NCBI RefSeq assembly: GCF_001194135.2
Contig: NC_068990.1
Location: 16,426,276 to 16,490,275 of the forward strand
Reading direction: 5' to 3'
DNA length: 64,000 nucleotides
From: Octopus bimaculoides
Lineage: Eukaryota
Shown here: piece by piece, positions 48,705 through 61,099 of the stretch
How the letters are laid out: every line of letters begins with the position of its first letter
Numbering within the stretch: the first letter of the stretch is position 1
Made by a program: the position numbers and the translations under genes
The notes under the pieces: generated by a model
What the model was told of the DNA's origin: nothing
The model's database searches: none
The model's input: the letters and a program-made list of their open reading frames with translations, nothing else

Positions 48705-51700
48705 ATAAAAGCATTCAGCTGTTGCTGTAATTGTTTTTGTTTAGTACTGGGTCAACTCTAATCAATTCNNNNNNNNNNTAGGGATACATTATTTAATATA
48801 ACCTTTTTGAAGACGGTTGTGATATGAGGAAGATTGTGACTGCTATTTCCAAACCAATCGAACGGCCTCGGTGGTTCCTACGTGCACAAGATGCAAAGGA
48901 AACGAATTAGGTGAGGGCGGGAGACGATGAAATATAAAAGAAACGACTGCAGGAACAGTGTGAGAAAGCAAGTTGACATGTAAGAGGTATATTTATGAGC
49001 AGAAAAGTAAACGAGGAAACAATAAAACAGCAGCAGAAACGCTGTACGTGTGTCAGTATATCATGTCGAACAGCAGTTCTTGTTGAAGTTAGGAATTTAA
49101 AACAGCAACTTACTTAAATTGCACACGTGGGTTTATAATATATGTACGTGGATCAATTATATACAATTTATATACGCACTGGGAGAAAAGATAGGCCGAG
49201 ACTTAACCTGCCTGAAACGCCTGGATAAATACTTCATGAAATAATTCGTTAAAAAAATTCCGATTTAAACAAATAATGGTTAAAAATAATTCATCGGAAA
49301 TAGTAAACATTTCTCCATTATTTAAACTTCATTAATCAGGGAACAAATTCGGCACCTGGCAATATTCTAAAATCGCTTTATTTAAAAACACAGCTGGTTC
49401 TTGTGAAATAGTTTGCAATAATAATAGAGAAAAGGAAAGAAAATACATATTTCAGTTAGTAATGATTACAAAATTAATTTATCGGAAATATTAAAACATT
49501 CTGTTTAATTATTTAATTTGCACTTAATTACAAGCTGGTTGTGTAAAAAAAAAAAAAAAATTGTGTTATCGACTTAAACAGGGAACGAACTCGGCACCTG
49601 GCAGCTAACTAAATTTGCTTCATTACATGATATGGCTGGTTATCTTTAACGCTTTCATTTATCTAATTTTTGAACTGTGAGTATTTATTTTTTATTTATA
49701 TTATTTTTAAAGTGTTTTCGATAGTTGCTGCTGCTTGTGGTTAATACTGAAATCGTAGTGGTCGGTCACGTTTATTTGACAATGAGCTTTAAAAATAGGA
49801 AAGAAAGAAAATGCTACTTGAAGTAGAGAGAAAAACGGTAAAATGTGCTTGTGGTTAAAAACTTAACTATATATTTTCTCTAACATATTTTTTCTACCAT
49901 ATTGCGAACTTATTATACAATACGGATTAAACATTTCTCAGTGAAGGTATGGAATTTAGTTAAGTATATCTTCGTGTATTTATTTATCAAGAGATATTTT
50001 TTGGAGTTAGATGTTTACATTTAATGGTTTATGGATTTTAAAACTGGAGGAGAAAGAGTTTACACGTAATTGGACATTCTCAGTGGCAAGTACTTGTTAC
50101 GTTTACCGTTTGCTCTTTCGTTCCCATCAAACTATTTTTCTCTTTCGTTTCTTGTATATGAAATCTCCCAGTTTACACTTAGATCCGCTTCGATTTCTTC
50201 GCAGCATTTTTTTTTTATCAACACATACAAATAAACAAACAGTTAATAAGTAGGAAGTGGTTGTTATTTTGTGTTCGTTATAGAATGCTAGAAACACACC
50301 CACGAATTGTATGTGTGTGTGTGTACATGTTTTCACACACACACACACACACACTGGCACACACATACTCCCGCTCTATTATGTGTACTGAAGCACAAAT
50401 ATATATNNNNNNNNNNTGTGTGTGTTTTGAGAGAGCTTTTTTTTATCTAGCAATTACAAAGTTATTTTAAGAGCAAAACAGGCAATATTAACCAGCTATT
50501 CTTTTCTAACAACTTTTCATTTGTCTATCTCGTAAACATCTAGCGTGTTACTCAGTTGAGAACACAGATTTAGTGGTAAGACGGTTTGACGTCTATTTTT
50601 AGCATACAAGGGATCCATATAGTGATCTTTCATACGTTGTATCATATAGATATTGTGATACGTGTGTCAATGAATTACAGTGACTCGAGGACTCAGAGTT
50701 TCGCGCCAAGATACCAAAGTCTTCAGAATAAAAAAAACTTTTCCTCGTTTGTAAAATCGAACTTGCGTATAATTTTACACTCAAATACACATTCATTCAC
50801 ACATATAAATACGCGTACATGCTCACAGAATCGCACACATGCATACACACGTACAAACACACACACATATACGTACGCACATGCACACAAATGCTCTCTT
50901 ATACCTCTACATATCCATAACTTCAACAGTCAGCTGTGGGACAACTTTCGATACTGCACATCAAAGTAGGGAGGGGCAATCCTTCGGTATTGGTGGACAC
51001 TTTCATCCACACAACTTTTCTTCGTGACATAAAAAGGTTAGGCTGAAAAAGAAGTGAATGCCCTCGTTTTCTCTGTATAATAATACCGAAGGATCGCCCT
51101 GTGAACGGTAACGGCTTACGATTTTCTTTTTGGGGAGTGGGCACTTACTCGGTGCCGCCCAAAAGCATGGGCACAGTAGTTACTAGGGAGGAAGAGGAAT
51201 GGGTCACAGGGCCTTGCGCTAGTCAATGCTGTAACTTACTGTCAGTAAGTAAATACTATAGGCTTCCTGGGCATTGCTTTGTCCATTAGGTTATATTACA
51301 GTAGAAACGGTCCTGGGGTTGCTCACCAACTTCTTACAGGCTCATACCATTCCACGGATCTCACTTTAAATGTGAAATCCATGGTTTTCGTGGGTTTTTT
51401 TTTAATGTGTTTTTGATCAAAACCGTCAGAAATCTCTGCTGTGTGTGTGTTGGGGGGGGGGGAGTAAATAACAATAACAACTAAGGTTAATGTCATCATT
51501 TATAACTTTTATAGAGCAATCTCACTGAAATGAAATTTTGTAATAGCAGTATCCCATCGTTCAGTCTAAATATCGATTATTTTAATTATTCCCAAATTGA
51601 ATGTAGCTAATTTAATTGGAATTTGAATGAGCAGATGTTTTTGATTGAATTTCATTTTACTGTATCACTTAATGAACTTAGGAATTAGATGTGTCAGGAA

Positions 51701-51798
51701 TTGAACATAACGTATTTGCCGGCGTATAAGAGGCTCCCCTATTTTATGTCTAAGTTATTGAAAAAACAAATTTAGTATGTTTCATCATAGACTCACTA

Positions 51799-53078
51799 TA
51801 CGAAGTTGAACCAAAAGTTTTTTCGTATTTCAAGCTGTAATTAATAGTTCAGACAAATTCCATACGAATAGCGTTTATTCATCAAAATATATCCCATCAT
51901 ATTCTTTTCTAATCTAGGCATAAGGCCCGGAATTTTGGGGGAGGGGGGGCAGTCGATTAGATCTACCAGAGTACGTAACTGGTACTTAATTTAACGACCC
52001 CGAAAAGATGAAAGGCAAAGTCGACTTCGGCGGAATTTGAACTCAGAACGTAAAGACAGACGAAATACCGCTAAGCCTTTCGCCCGGCGTGCTAACGTTT
52101 CTGCCAGCTCGCCGCCTTTATATCCCATCTTATTCTATTGTTTATTGCCATCGTTGTGTCCAAACAGAAACTCAATTCCATTTTGCTGGTTTAACGGCAA
52201 AAAAACTCTCTACATCAATTTTGACCTCACCCACATTGTTAAACCTCCGTCCGTCCAGGAAAGAGCCATGGCTCGGAAAAGATTGTAATCTGATGGTGCA
52301 AGGTCTGAACTGTAAGCAAGGCGAGGCAGCACTTCCCAACCCCTCAAGTTTGCGCTTGGTTTCATTTGCAGTGTGCGCTGAGGCACCTAACACCCAACAT
52401 GACCTTCTGTTCAAACTGCCCTTGTTTGACAACAGGTTCTAAAGCCCGACCGAAACGAAGTCACCGATTTCTCTTATTAGGATTACGAAAATATTCATTT
52501 TCATCCTCAGTTACAATGTGACGTCCAAAATGGGCGTCTCGTGAATTTGTCAGCACTTGCTTGCAAATGTTCACACATCGTTGAACATGTCATTGATCAG
52601 TTCATGAGGAGTCTCGACAGCGTGTGTTCACCAGACCAAGCTTATGGAGGTTGTCGATTGATAGTGTTTTGTAAAAGGACTAAGCTCTGTACGAGTGTTT
52701 GTGCTTGGCTGTTGTTCAACTATTTCAAGCAAGACCTCGCCTTCCATAAGTTTTCTCTGGCCTTGGTTTGTCTTCGAGGCTGGTGTCACACGTTTGTTGG
52801 TAGTACTTGGGCCTTCCATATTAATTTCTTTTGCCACTACCCTTGCATTCAGTCCTTTTTTCCCTCATATACAGCGTAAAATGGTTCTAATTGAAATTTT
52901 TTCATCATTCATTATCAAAGCTGTAAAATAAATAATGCTTATGTTATATATGAAAATAAAGAATAAACAATTCTGCAACGATTGGACAAGTTGTATCAAA
53001 TTAATGATATAACATGGAGATACAAGTTGCCAAAAATCCTCAGTGAAAATTCGAAAAAACTTTTGACTCAACCTGGTG
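51799..53078 (-). mobile_element. Mariner transposon relic with a SINE insertion
   Basis: TIRs tacgaagttgaaccaaaagttttttcg and cgaaaaaacttttgactcaacctggtg. Remnants LLEIVEQQPSTNTR (HTH), PHEL, IVTEDEK, YSSDLAPSDYNLF; frameshifts. Confidence 0.88.
51918..52118 (-). mobile_element. SINE family B, CpG-intact copy inside the mariner
   Basis: Reverse complement of ttctgagttcaaattccgccgaagtcgactttgcctttcatctttcggggtcg. Confidence 0.85.
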
Positions 53079-53699
53079 AGATAATTTGAAGTGGATTTTC
53101 TTGGTGGAAATACATGCTCCTGTACATGTAAATACACAGATTATTGTGACGATATACTGGAATAAAGTATGAAACCATAAATTTATAATAAACTTATTTC
53201 AGATCGAGTGTATAGTTCATACTTTGGTCAAGAGGGTTGCTATCCTGTAAATCTAAGGCTGTGATCTGGGTAACCGCGGTAGGCTGAGTGGCGTATCTCC
53301 GCACTTTTGCTGAAAATTTAACGTCTTTCATCCTTCTAGAAGAATTGATTTAAATAATTAAAAAAAAATTTGTTTCTTAAAGATAACATAAGACATTTTA
53401 GTAGTGAATTATGTATGCTGAGGAGGGAGGTATAATTGGGATGATGCCCCCCCCCCCGCTGTCACTGCCAACACACCGTTAGCAATTTCTCGCAAGTTTG
53501 TGCAATGAGACTACGATAATTTGGTCTGTTTTCAATATTTTATTATTTGTAANNNNNNNNNNNNNNNNNNNNNNNNNNNNNNNNNNNNNNNNNNNNNNNN
53601 NNNNNNNNNNNNNNNNNNNNNNNNNNNNNNNNNNNNNNNNNNNNNNNNNNNNNNNNNNNNNNNNNNNNNNNNNNNNNNNNNNNNNNNNNNNNNNNNNNN

Positions 53700-54235
53700 T
53701 GCCGTTACGTTCTGAGTTCAAATTCCGCCGAGGTCGACTTTGCCTTTCATCCTTTCGGGGTCGATAAATTAAGTACCAGTTACGCACTGGGGTCGATGTA
53801 ATCGACTTAATCCGTTCGTCTGTTCTTGGTTGTTCCCTCTATGTTTAGCCTCTTGTGGGCAATAACGAAATAGGTATTTCCTTCTGAGTTCAAATTCCGC
53901 CGAGGTCGACTTCGCCTTTCATCCTTTCGGGGGTCGATTAAATAAGTACCAGTTACGTACTGAGGTCGGTGCAATTGACTTAATCCCTTTGTCTGTTCTT
54001 GTTTGTCCCCTTTACGTTTAGCCCCTTGTGGGCAATAAAGAAATATTTTGTTATTAGTAAGGTGGCGTGCTGGCAGCATCGTCAACGCGTTGGATAAAAT
54101 GCTTAGCGGCATTTCTTTCAATTTTACGTTCTGAGTTGAAATGCTGCCGGTGTCGACTTTGCCTCCCATAATTTTGGGGTCCATAAAATAAGTACCAGTT
54201 GAGCACTGGGATCGGTGTAATCGACCCCCCCCCCT
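53700..54235 (+). mobile_element. Tandem SINE family B copies, CpG-intact
   Basis: ttctgagttcaaattccgccgaggtcgac occurs at about 53710 and 53882; a third copy follows at about 54060-54235. Confidence 0.8.
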
Positions 54236-55069
54236 CTATCCTACGTCACTTGGTTTCCTATCCACGATATGGCTGCATTGGACATAGGGCAATTTTTGTA
54301 CCCATATCCAAATGTACCAATTAAAAAATAAATAAATCATAAAACGCCCTATATGCCAGGAAATGTAGCAGGCCAAAACTAAAAGTTAGATTGTAGTTGT
54401 TTGATATTGATCTTAGCCATAAGGCTGAGAAGCATTAGATTGTAGTTGTTTAACCTCATTAATACATTGATAAACATTTTATGTAAAACATTGCAATGAG
54501 GGTGGGGAGAGCTAAACTACAATACCTTAAAAAAGAAGACACCCTATTGATCTCACGACTCCAGAGGTATGAAATAAAAAGAACCTGACATGATTTGAAT
54601 TCAAAATTAATAAAGCAGCTACTATATATGCCAGTTTTTCTTTGGCCCTTTGCAATAAATTAGTTTTTGCTTTTTATTTTACTTTTTTTTAAGGGATCGG
54701 GGTTTTTTTTTTTTTTTTTTTTTTTTTTTCTGCAGGAAATGGCTAAAATAATTTGAAACAACCCAAATCTTAGATGTTTCAACCAAAGTTGGCCCACGCT
54801 GTCTTAGTCACGCCACCTGACAGTCATTTTTAAGCTAAATTTTGTTGTTGCATAGTCCATCCAAATAGGGATGTATCTAGATATAGGCGATTTGGTTGAT
54901 ATCCTTCAAAGAAATTTAGCTAGTTATTGTTTGAAGGTTATAGGATGTCTTTCTTTGATTTGTTTTGATGCCATTAAATAGAACAGCCTGTTGAGGAAGA
55001 GTAATTGTGTGGCAATGTGATTATGTGTTAGCACTGTTTTTCTTTTTTATATATAATTTTGTCCTGATA

Positions 55070-55395
55070 AAACTGGCACTCCATCTGCATCAGTTACGAT
55101 GATGAGTGTTCTAGTTGCTATGATCGATGGAACAGCCTGCTCGTGAAATTAACGTGTAAGTGGCTGAACACTCCACAGACACTTAACTTAGTTCTCAGGA
55201 AGGTTCAGTGTAACACAGAATGTGACAAGGCTGACCCTTGAAAATACAGGTACCATTCATTTCTGCCACCTGAATGGACTGAAGCAATGTGAAATGAAGT
55301 GCCTTGCTCAAGGACACAATGTGCCACTGGGGATTGAACTCACAACTTTACGATTGTGAGCTGAATACCCCAACCACTAAGACCTGCACCTTCAC
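55070..55395 (-). mobile_element. SINE family D variant
   Basis: Shares the head (gtgaaggtgcaggtcttagtggttgggg...) and body with 32466-32800. Confidence 0.7.
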
Positions 55396-55799
55396 AAACC
55401 ACTTATAAAAGGGGTGGGGGAAGATCCAAACTTCATTTAAATTCATTTATCTATATCATCTATACATATATTCTGAATCTATAAAGCAATTAGTCTGATT
55501 CACTAAAGTTGGCTCCAGTTCTCTTGCCATTTACAATATTAATTTTTTAAGGCATACACATTTACAAGGAAATAGGAAAAGAAATTAGTGACCTGTTAAT
55601 TTAATTTGTAGATAAAGTTATCAGTATGTTTCACTGCACATCCTAGTACCTTCCACTCCATGTTGTATCTTTTGATATTGATTTTTTTTTTCATTACTAA
55701 CTAACCCATCAGTGATATCAAATTTCCCGGAAATATCATGTCCAAACCCTTTCTAGCATACCTCTGCAACTTTTCATGATTTCTTCAAGCTATTTTGAA

Positions 55800-56600
55800 A
55801 TTTTAACTTCTGTCATATATTGCTTTCTTCTATCTTGCCGATTAGTTGCAGTTTCATCTCAGTCCTTTTCTGACATGTTTCTATGTAATCTTTGAACCTC
55901 AGCTTAGGTTTATGAGGTGGATGCTTGCCATTCCTCAGCTCACCACACTGGAGTTACTTCAGTGTCTTACTGTCCTCCATTCTCACTAAGTGACCTATTC
56001 ATTGGAGCTGCAAAATGATTGACTCACTACTTCTTTCAAGGACCTCAACATCACTCACATACATTTTCCAGCATAGGTTCAAGATATGACATACACACTA
56101 CTGCTGGAAGTGCTCCAGTCGTTTCAGGTGCTTTCTATGTCTCACAAATGTACAACAGGGAGGACAAAACCCATGTTATATAAATCTTCACTTTAGTATC
56201 AGGAGAGCTATGATGTTGAAACCACAGGTGCTTTTCCAACTTTCTGAAAGTGTCACTTTCGCTGATTCTTAGCAAGATTTCATTTTCAAGGGTGCATTGT
56301 AAACTAAGGGCACTGCCTAGATACACAAGCTTGTTGACAACTTCTAATCATACATTCTTATATCTGGTTCTAAGTATGTCCCTCCTGGTGCAGGCTGATA
56401 TAAGACAAGTCTTTTTAAGACTTATTGTCGGGCCTAGTATAGAATAAGCATTGGAGAAAGTTTCCATATGTTGCATGGTTTCTTGAATGTGAGTAAAGAG
56501 ATCAGTCATCTGCATTGAGAAATTCTCTTACAATGAGGGCATGACTTTTGAGTTTGTACTGATGCATCTTGTGTTGAAAAGTTTCCCAGATTTATGAAAC
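55800..56600 (-). mobile_element. Second RTE-like LINE family (no PHD insert), degraded
   Basis: ISLKKT-x-LYQPAPGG...LVYLGSALS...KVKIY...LSSLLYICET. Confidence 0.75.
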
Positions 56601-56669
56601 CTGATATATATTCTATATGGACACTCACTAAAAGCCACATATGCATGCGATGGCTTTCATGCAGTTTAC

Positions 56670-57125
56670 CTCGACCAGATCCCCGGATCTTTCTGATTTG
56701 GCGGACACCATTTGTTTTCTAATGAAACACTTTCAAACTTGGGACACTGGTAGAATGTGTCATATAAAACATCTTTTACTCTTAGTGTTGTTGAGAAAAT
56801 TTTAGATTTTTAAAGTTATTTTGTGTTAAAGTTGTCGTATTTTGGTAATTTCAACCAATCACTGACGTCTATTGAGGTGAAGACAATTACTGCTGTGGTT
56901 TGTCAACAACATATTGTGGCAGTGTAATGAGATCTTTTCCCTTGAATAAAATTAATGCCGTTGTTTGTCAACAACAACTATCGGTGGTACTGTGATTTAT
57001 GACATCGTTCGTGCATTTTTACTGGTTTTAGCTTTGGGGTTTTAGGGTTAGGGTTAGGGTTTTAGGGTTAGGGTTCTGGTTTTAGGGTTAGGGTTTGGGT
57101 TTTAGAGTTAGGGTTAGGGTTATGA
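56670..57125 (+). mobile_element. Partial MITE related to 59057-59621, ending in a degenerate (TTAGGG)n array
   Basis: Shares gaaacacttt-x-aaactt..acactggtagaatgtgtcatataaaacatc and gtaatttcaaccaatcactgacgtc; TTAGGG-like array at about 57030-57121. Confidence 0.75.
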
Positions 57126-57634
57126 GTATTTTTGCCAAATTTGGTGAAAAATCTGTGGTTATATAAGATATAAAAAATGCTGTTCTGAATTAATATGAGG
57201 TTCTAAAGAAGACCTGTCCACAAAACTGAGTGCTTGAAGAGTTGTGTCCCACCCATATGTAGCAACACACTTTTCACCCACCCTACCTTCAGAAAGCAAA
57301 CTATATCTCCTCTTCTAAACAGCATCTTTCTCTTCCTCACATTTGCTCTTCATAAATTATTATTGTTTCCCAATCCCCTTTCTTGCCCTCACTGGCCTGC
57401 TCACTGTATTGCTGCCACCTGCCATACCTAAAATTTCTACCCTGATTTATGCTCAGATCTTTGTTACTTGAGAGTATACCCTAGCCCTACACCATCTCTC
57501 TTCTGCTCTCTCTTACACTTTTGCTGTCTCCTACTCTCTTTCCCTTTCACTTGGTTACTCTCTCTTGCTTTCCCTGTGACTAGGTAACCAAATGTCTCCT
57601 TTACATCAGCACACTTTCTTCTGGCCTCTTGTAT

Positions 57635-58125
57635 CTCCTCTCTCTCTTCCCTGTCTCCTCTCTCTCTCTTCCCTGTCTCCTCTCTCTCTCTTCCCTGTCT
57701 CCTCTCTCTCTCTTCCCTGTCTCCTCTCTCTCTTCCCTGTCTCCTCTCTCTCTCTTCCCTGTCTCCTCTCTCTCTCTTCCCTGTCTCCTCTCTCTCTCTT
57801 CCCTGTCTCCTCNNNNNNNNNNNNNNNNNNNNNNNNNNNNNNNNNNNNNNNNNNNNNNNNNNNNNNNNNNNNNNNNNNNNNNNNNNNNNNNNNNNNNNNN
57901 NNNNNNNNNNNNNNNNNNNNNNNNNNNNNNNNNNNNNNNNNNNNNNNNNNNNNNNNNNNNNNNNNNNNNNNNNNNNNNNNNNNNNNNNNNNNNNNNNNNN
58001 NNNTCTCTCTCTCTCTCTCTTCCCTATCTCCTCTCTCTCTCTCTTCCCTATCTCCTCTCTCTCTTCCCTATCTCCTCTCTCTCTTCCCTATCTCCTCTCT
58101 CTCTTCCCTATCTCCTCTCTCTCCT
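57635..58125 (+). repeat. About 21-bp CT-rich minisatellite (ctcctctctctctcttccctgt/ta) with N gap
   Basis: Direct reading. Confidence 0.9.
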
Positions 58126-58134
58126 CTGAATACA

Positions 58135-58415
58135 ATAATCCCTCTTCCTCGGAACTTTCTAGGAAGTAATTCATCCCCTCCTCCCCTTCCTTAGAACTTT
58201 CCAAGAAGTAATTCATCCCCCTCCTCCCCTTCCACCGAACTTATTCATCCCCTTCTTCGGAACTTTCCATGAATTAATTTATCCCCTTCCTCAAAACTTT
58301 CTAGGAAGTAAATCATCCCCTTCCTCGGAACTTTCCAGGAAGTAATTCATCCCCCTCCTCTCCTTCCTCGGAACTTTCCCGAAAGTAATTCATCCACCTC
58401 CTCCCCTTCCTCGGG
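58135..58415 (+). repeat. About 38-bp imperfect tandem repeat (ggaactttccaggaagtaattcatccccctcctccccttcctc)
   Basis: About 7 degenerate units. Confidence 0.8.
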
Positions 58416-58885
58416 GAAGTTGACCCTGGTGGAATTTGAATTCGGAAATTGATGAATCAGAAGAAATACCACTAGGCATTTATTTTGATGCTCTAATGAT
58501 TCTGCCTGCTCACCACCTTAAATAAAAATAGTAATAGTTTCAAATTTTGGCACAAGGCCAGCAATTTTAGGGAAGGTGGGTAAATTAATTACATCAACCT
58601 CAGTGCTCAACTATTATTTTATCAACTCCAAAAGGTGAAAGGTAAAGTTAATCTATGCAAGCTTTGAACTCAGAATGTAAAGAACTAAAAGAAATGCTAG
58701 TAATCATTTTGTTCAATGCTCTAACAATTCTGCCAGCTCAATGCCTTAAATATTGATGATGATATTATTTCTATTTCAGAATTATTTTATCTGTTCAGTC
58801 TGAACAGTTACCATATTCCAAACACCAAAAAGAATAACAGGGATGGAGTGCCACTAGCCTTATTGTTTATCTCTTCAGCTTTACT

Positions 58886-58991
58886 ATGCCTCTTTCACAT
58901 TTTAACTTCAAATACTCAACATGGCGTGGAATTTCCGTTATTTTAGGCGGTATAATTGTACATTTGGCTCTGGGAAGCAGCTATATTATCG
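58886..58991 (+). CDS. MFS transporter (oxalate:formate antiporter-like), first coding exon MPLSHFNFKYSTWRGISVILGGIIVHLALGSSYIIG
   Basis: Acceptor ctcttcAG at 58878 implies an upstream non-coding exon. ATG 58886, donor GTaagt, phase 1; the TM1 pattern WRG..V.LGG..VHL.LG..Y..GN spans the junction. Confidence 0.85.
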
Positions 58992-59056
58992 GTAAGTGTT
59001 ACATTATTTTTCCTTAGGTTTGTTCTATTCCAGTTGACCTATGATCAAAAAGGTCT

Positions 59057-59621
59057 GATCTTTTTTAAAACGGGGGCCACATTTTTCATTAACGAAACAC
59101 TTTGAAACTTGGAACACTGGTAGAATGTGTCATATAAAACATCTTTTTCTCTTAGTCTTCTTTAAAAAAAAAGAAATCCATAAGTTATTCCATGTTAAAG
59201 TTGTCGTATTTCTGTAATTTCAACCAATCACTGACGTCCATTCAGCCGATATACATTAAGTGCCGACTACATAAACAAACGATTCTGAAACAATTAACCC
59301 TAACCCTAACCCTAACCCTAGGGTTAGGGTTAAAGCAAATTTAAAATGAAAAAAGCAAATAAAACGAAGGTATGGAGATTAAATACGCTTTACATCGCTT
59401 AATCAGCCAAAGGAGTAAATGTAAACAACTGAATACTTGTCAGTGATTGGTTGAAATTATCGAAATAAGACAATTTTTTACATGAAATAAATTCGAATAC
59501 AAAAATATTTTTCTGTTCTATAACACAAAATAGATAAGTATACGAAGTTTGAAAGTTTTCCGTACCAAAAACACTACGTAAAACATTAATGAAAAATGTG
59601 GCCCCCGTTTTAAAATAGATC
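59057..59621. mobile_element. 565-bp MITE with 36-bp TIRs, about 10-bp TSD (Mutator-like) and a central telomeric palindrome
   Basis: TIR gatc(t/a)ttttaaaacgggggccacatttttcattaa; flanks caaaaaggtct and caaaaggtct; internal IR aatttcaaccaatcactgac; ttaa(ccctaa)3ccctagggttagggttaa at 59294-59333. Confidence 0.88.
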
Positions 59622-61099
59622 CAAAAGGTCTTCTAAACAGGGTTTTTTTCTACTATTCCATGTTATTTTCAGACATAGTATATCCAGGACTATATTAATG
59701 TAGCATTTCTTGAAGATGCTTGGATATAATTTAATAGATTTAGCTTTCATTTATGGCTGATCATGTAACCATGTAGAAGCTTCCTCATTGGTTCAAAACA
59801 ATATTGATTTTGCAGTCTTGTGTCAGCTCTGATTGTGCAGAATGTTGTTATTTCTCTTTTGCAGTGTAGGCATAGCCAAATAGTTAACAAGCTTTGTACT
59901 TATGAAGTCTTGAACTCTGTCTCACTGTGTAATGCTTTGGGAAAATGTTTTCCGCCACAGTCTCAATTTGACCCTGGCCCTTATGATGGAAATTATGAGA
60001 CAGTCTGTGTGAAACTTAGTCAGATGGACTGTTCTTGTAATTCAAAATTGTTCTTTCTTGGACACTAATTTCAAAATTAATAATATAGAGTAATGCCTCA
60101 CTTTACAAGGACCCACTTTACTAGACTCTGGGTTTAGGAGTTTAGTTTTATAATGAAAATAAAAAAAATTAAATAGCCATTTTGTGGAGTAAGACAACAG
60201 CATAAAATTTCTTTGTCTTAGTTTGCATGTGCACTTAGTCGAGAGAAATTATCATAAGCTAATTCTTCATGCCACATATTTTATATGGTGTGGTTGAAGG
60301 GTAATTGACTGGAAGGGAGAAAGAGAGATGTTGCAAGAGGATCGGTAGTGAACAAGATGACATCACATCGGTGAGTGACACTTTTTTTACTGTGTCTGTA
60401 GAAGAGGCAAGTCGTGTTGCTATCAGTAATGTGAAGGGATCCAAGCTAGCAAGAGATTTTAAAACCCACCCAATATATCTAAACAAAAGTGTATAACAGA
60501 CACTGAAAGGATAAAAGGTAAATTTGACCTTGGTGGGAATTGAAATCAAAATGTAAAGAACCAGAGGAAAAGCACTTACTCTGCTGTGCTAATAATTCTG
60601 TCAATCTATCACTTTAAATGTTGTTATTGTTTAACTACTGGTCAACCATGAACAAGTAGACCCATTATTAATGGAATTCCAGCTATGACCATCTTGTCTC
60701 TTTCCAGGTAGTATGTACCTTTAGATTACATTATCCAATGATTTCATTTTTTCTTTGTTTTAGCTAGTGTTGATGAGGGGGTAATTTAAGAAAGATTTGG
60801 TTCTTATTTCTAGAAGTTCAAACCACCATGTTGGGGCTCTCTTATTGGCCTCTATTATAAACATTACTGTTTCGATTGCAGGAAAAGGTAAGCAAAATAC
60901 CTCACTGTATTTTATTGGCCATTTATGTTGATGAAATCCCACCTTTCATCGTTTTGGGAATCGATAAACACTTATTCCTTTCTCAAAAAAATTTCTTGCC
61001 TTCTTTCTATGTGAGAAATCAACCTTTACTGCTTTGTGAGAGGAATGATTAGGAGTATCAATGTCTTCCCATCACCAATTTTTTAGACAGTGGGATCGG

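Noticed and set aside
58135-58415. CRISPR-like repeat array
   Set aside because: Eukaryotic context; the units are contiguous and degenerate with no unique spacers, so this is a minisatellite.
59294-59333. Telomere-telomere fusion scar
   Set aside because: The orientation is (CCCTAA)n then (TTAGGG)n, opposite to an end-to-end fusion, and it lies inside a TIR/TSD-bounded MITE.
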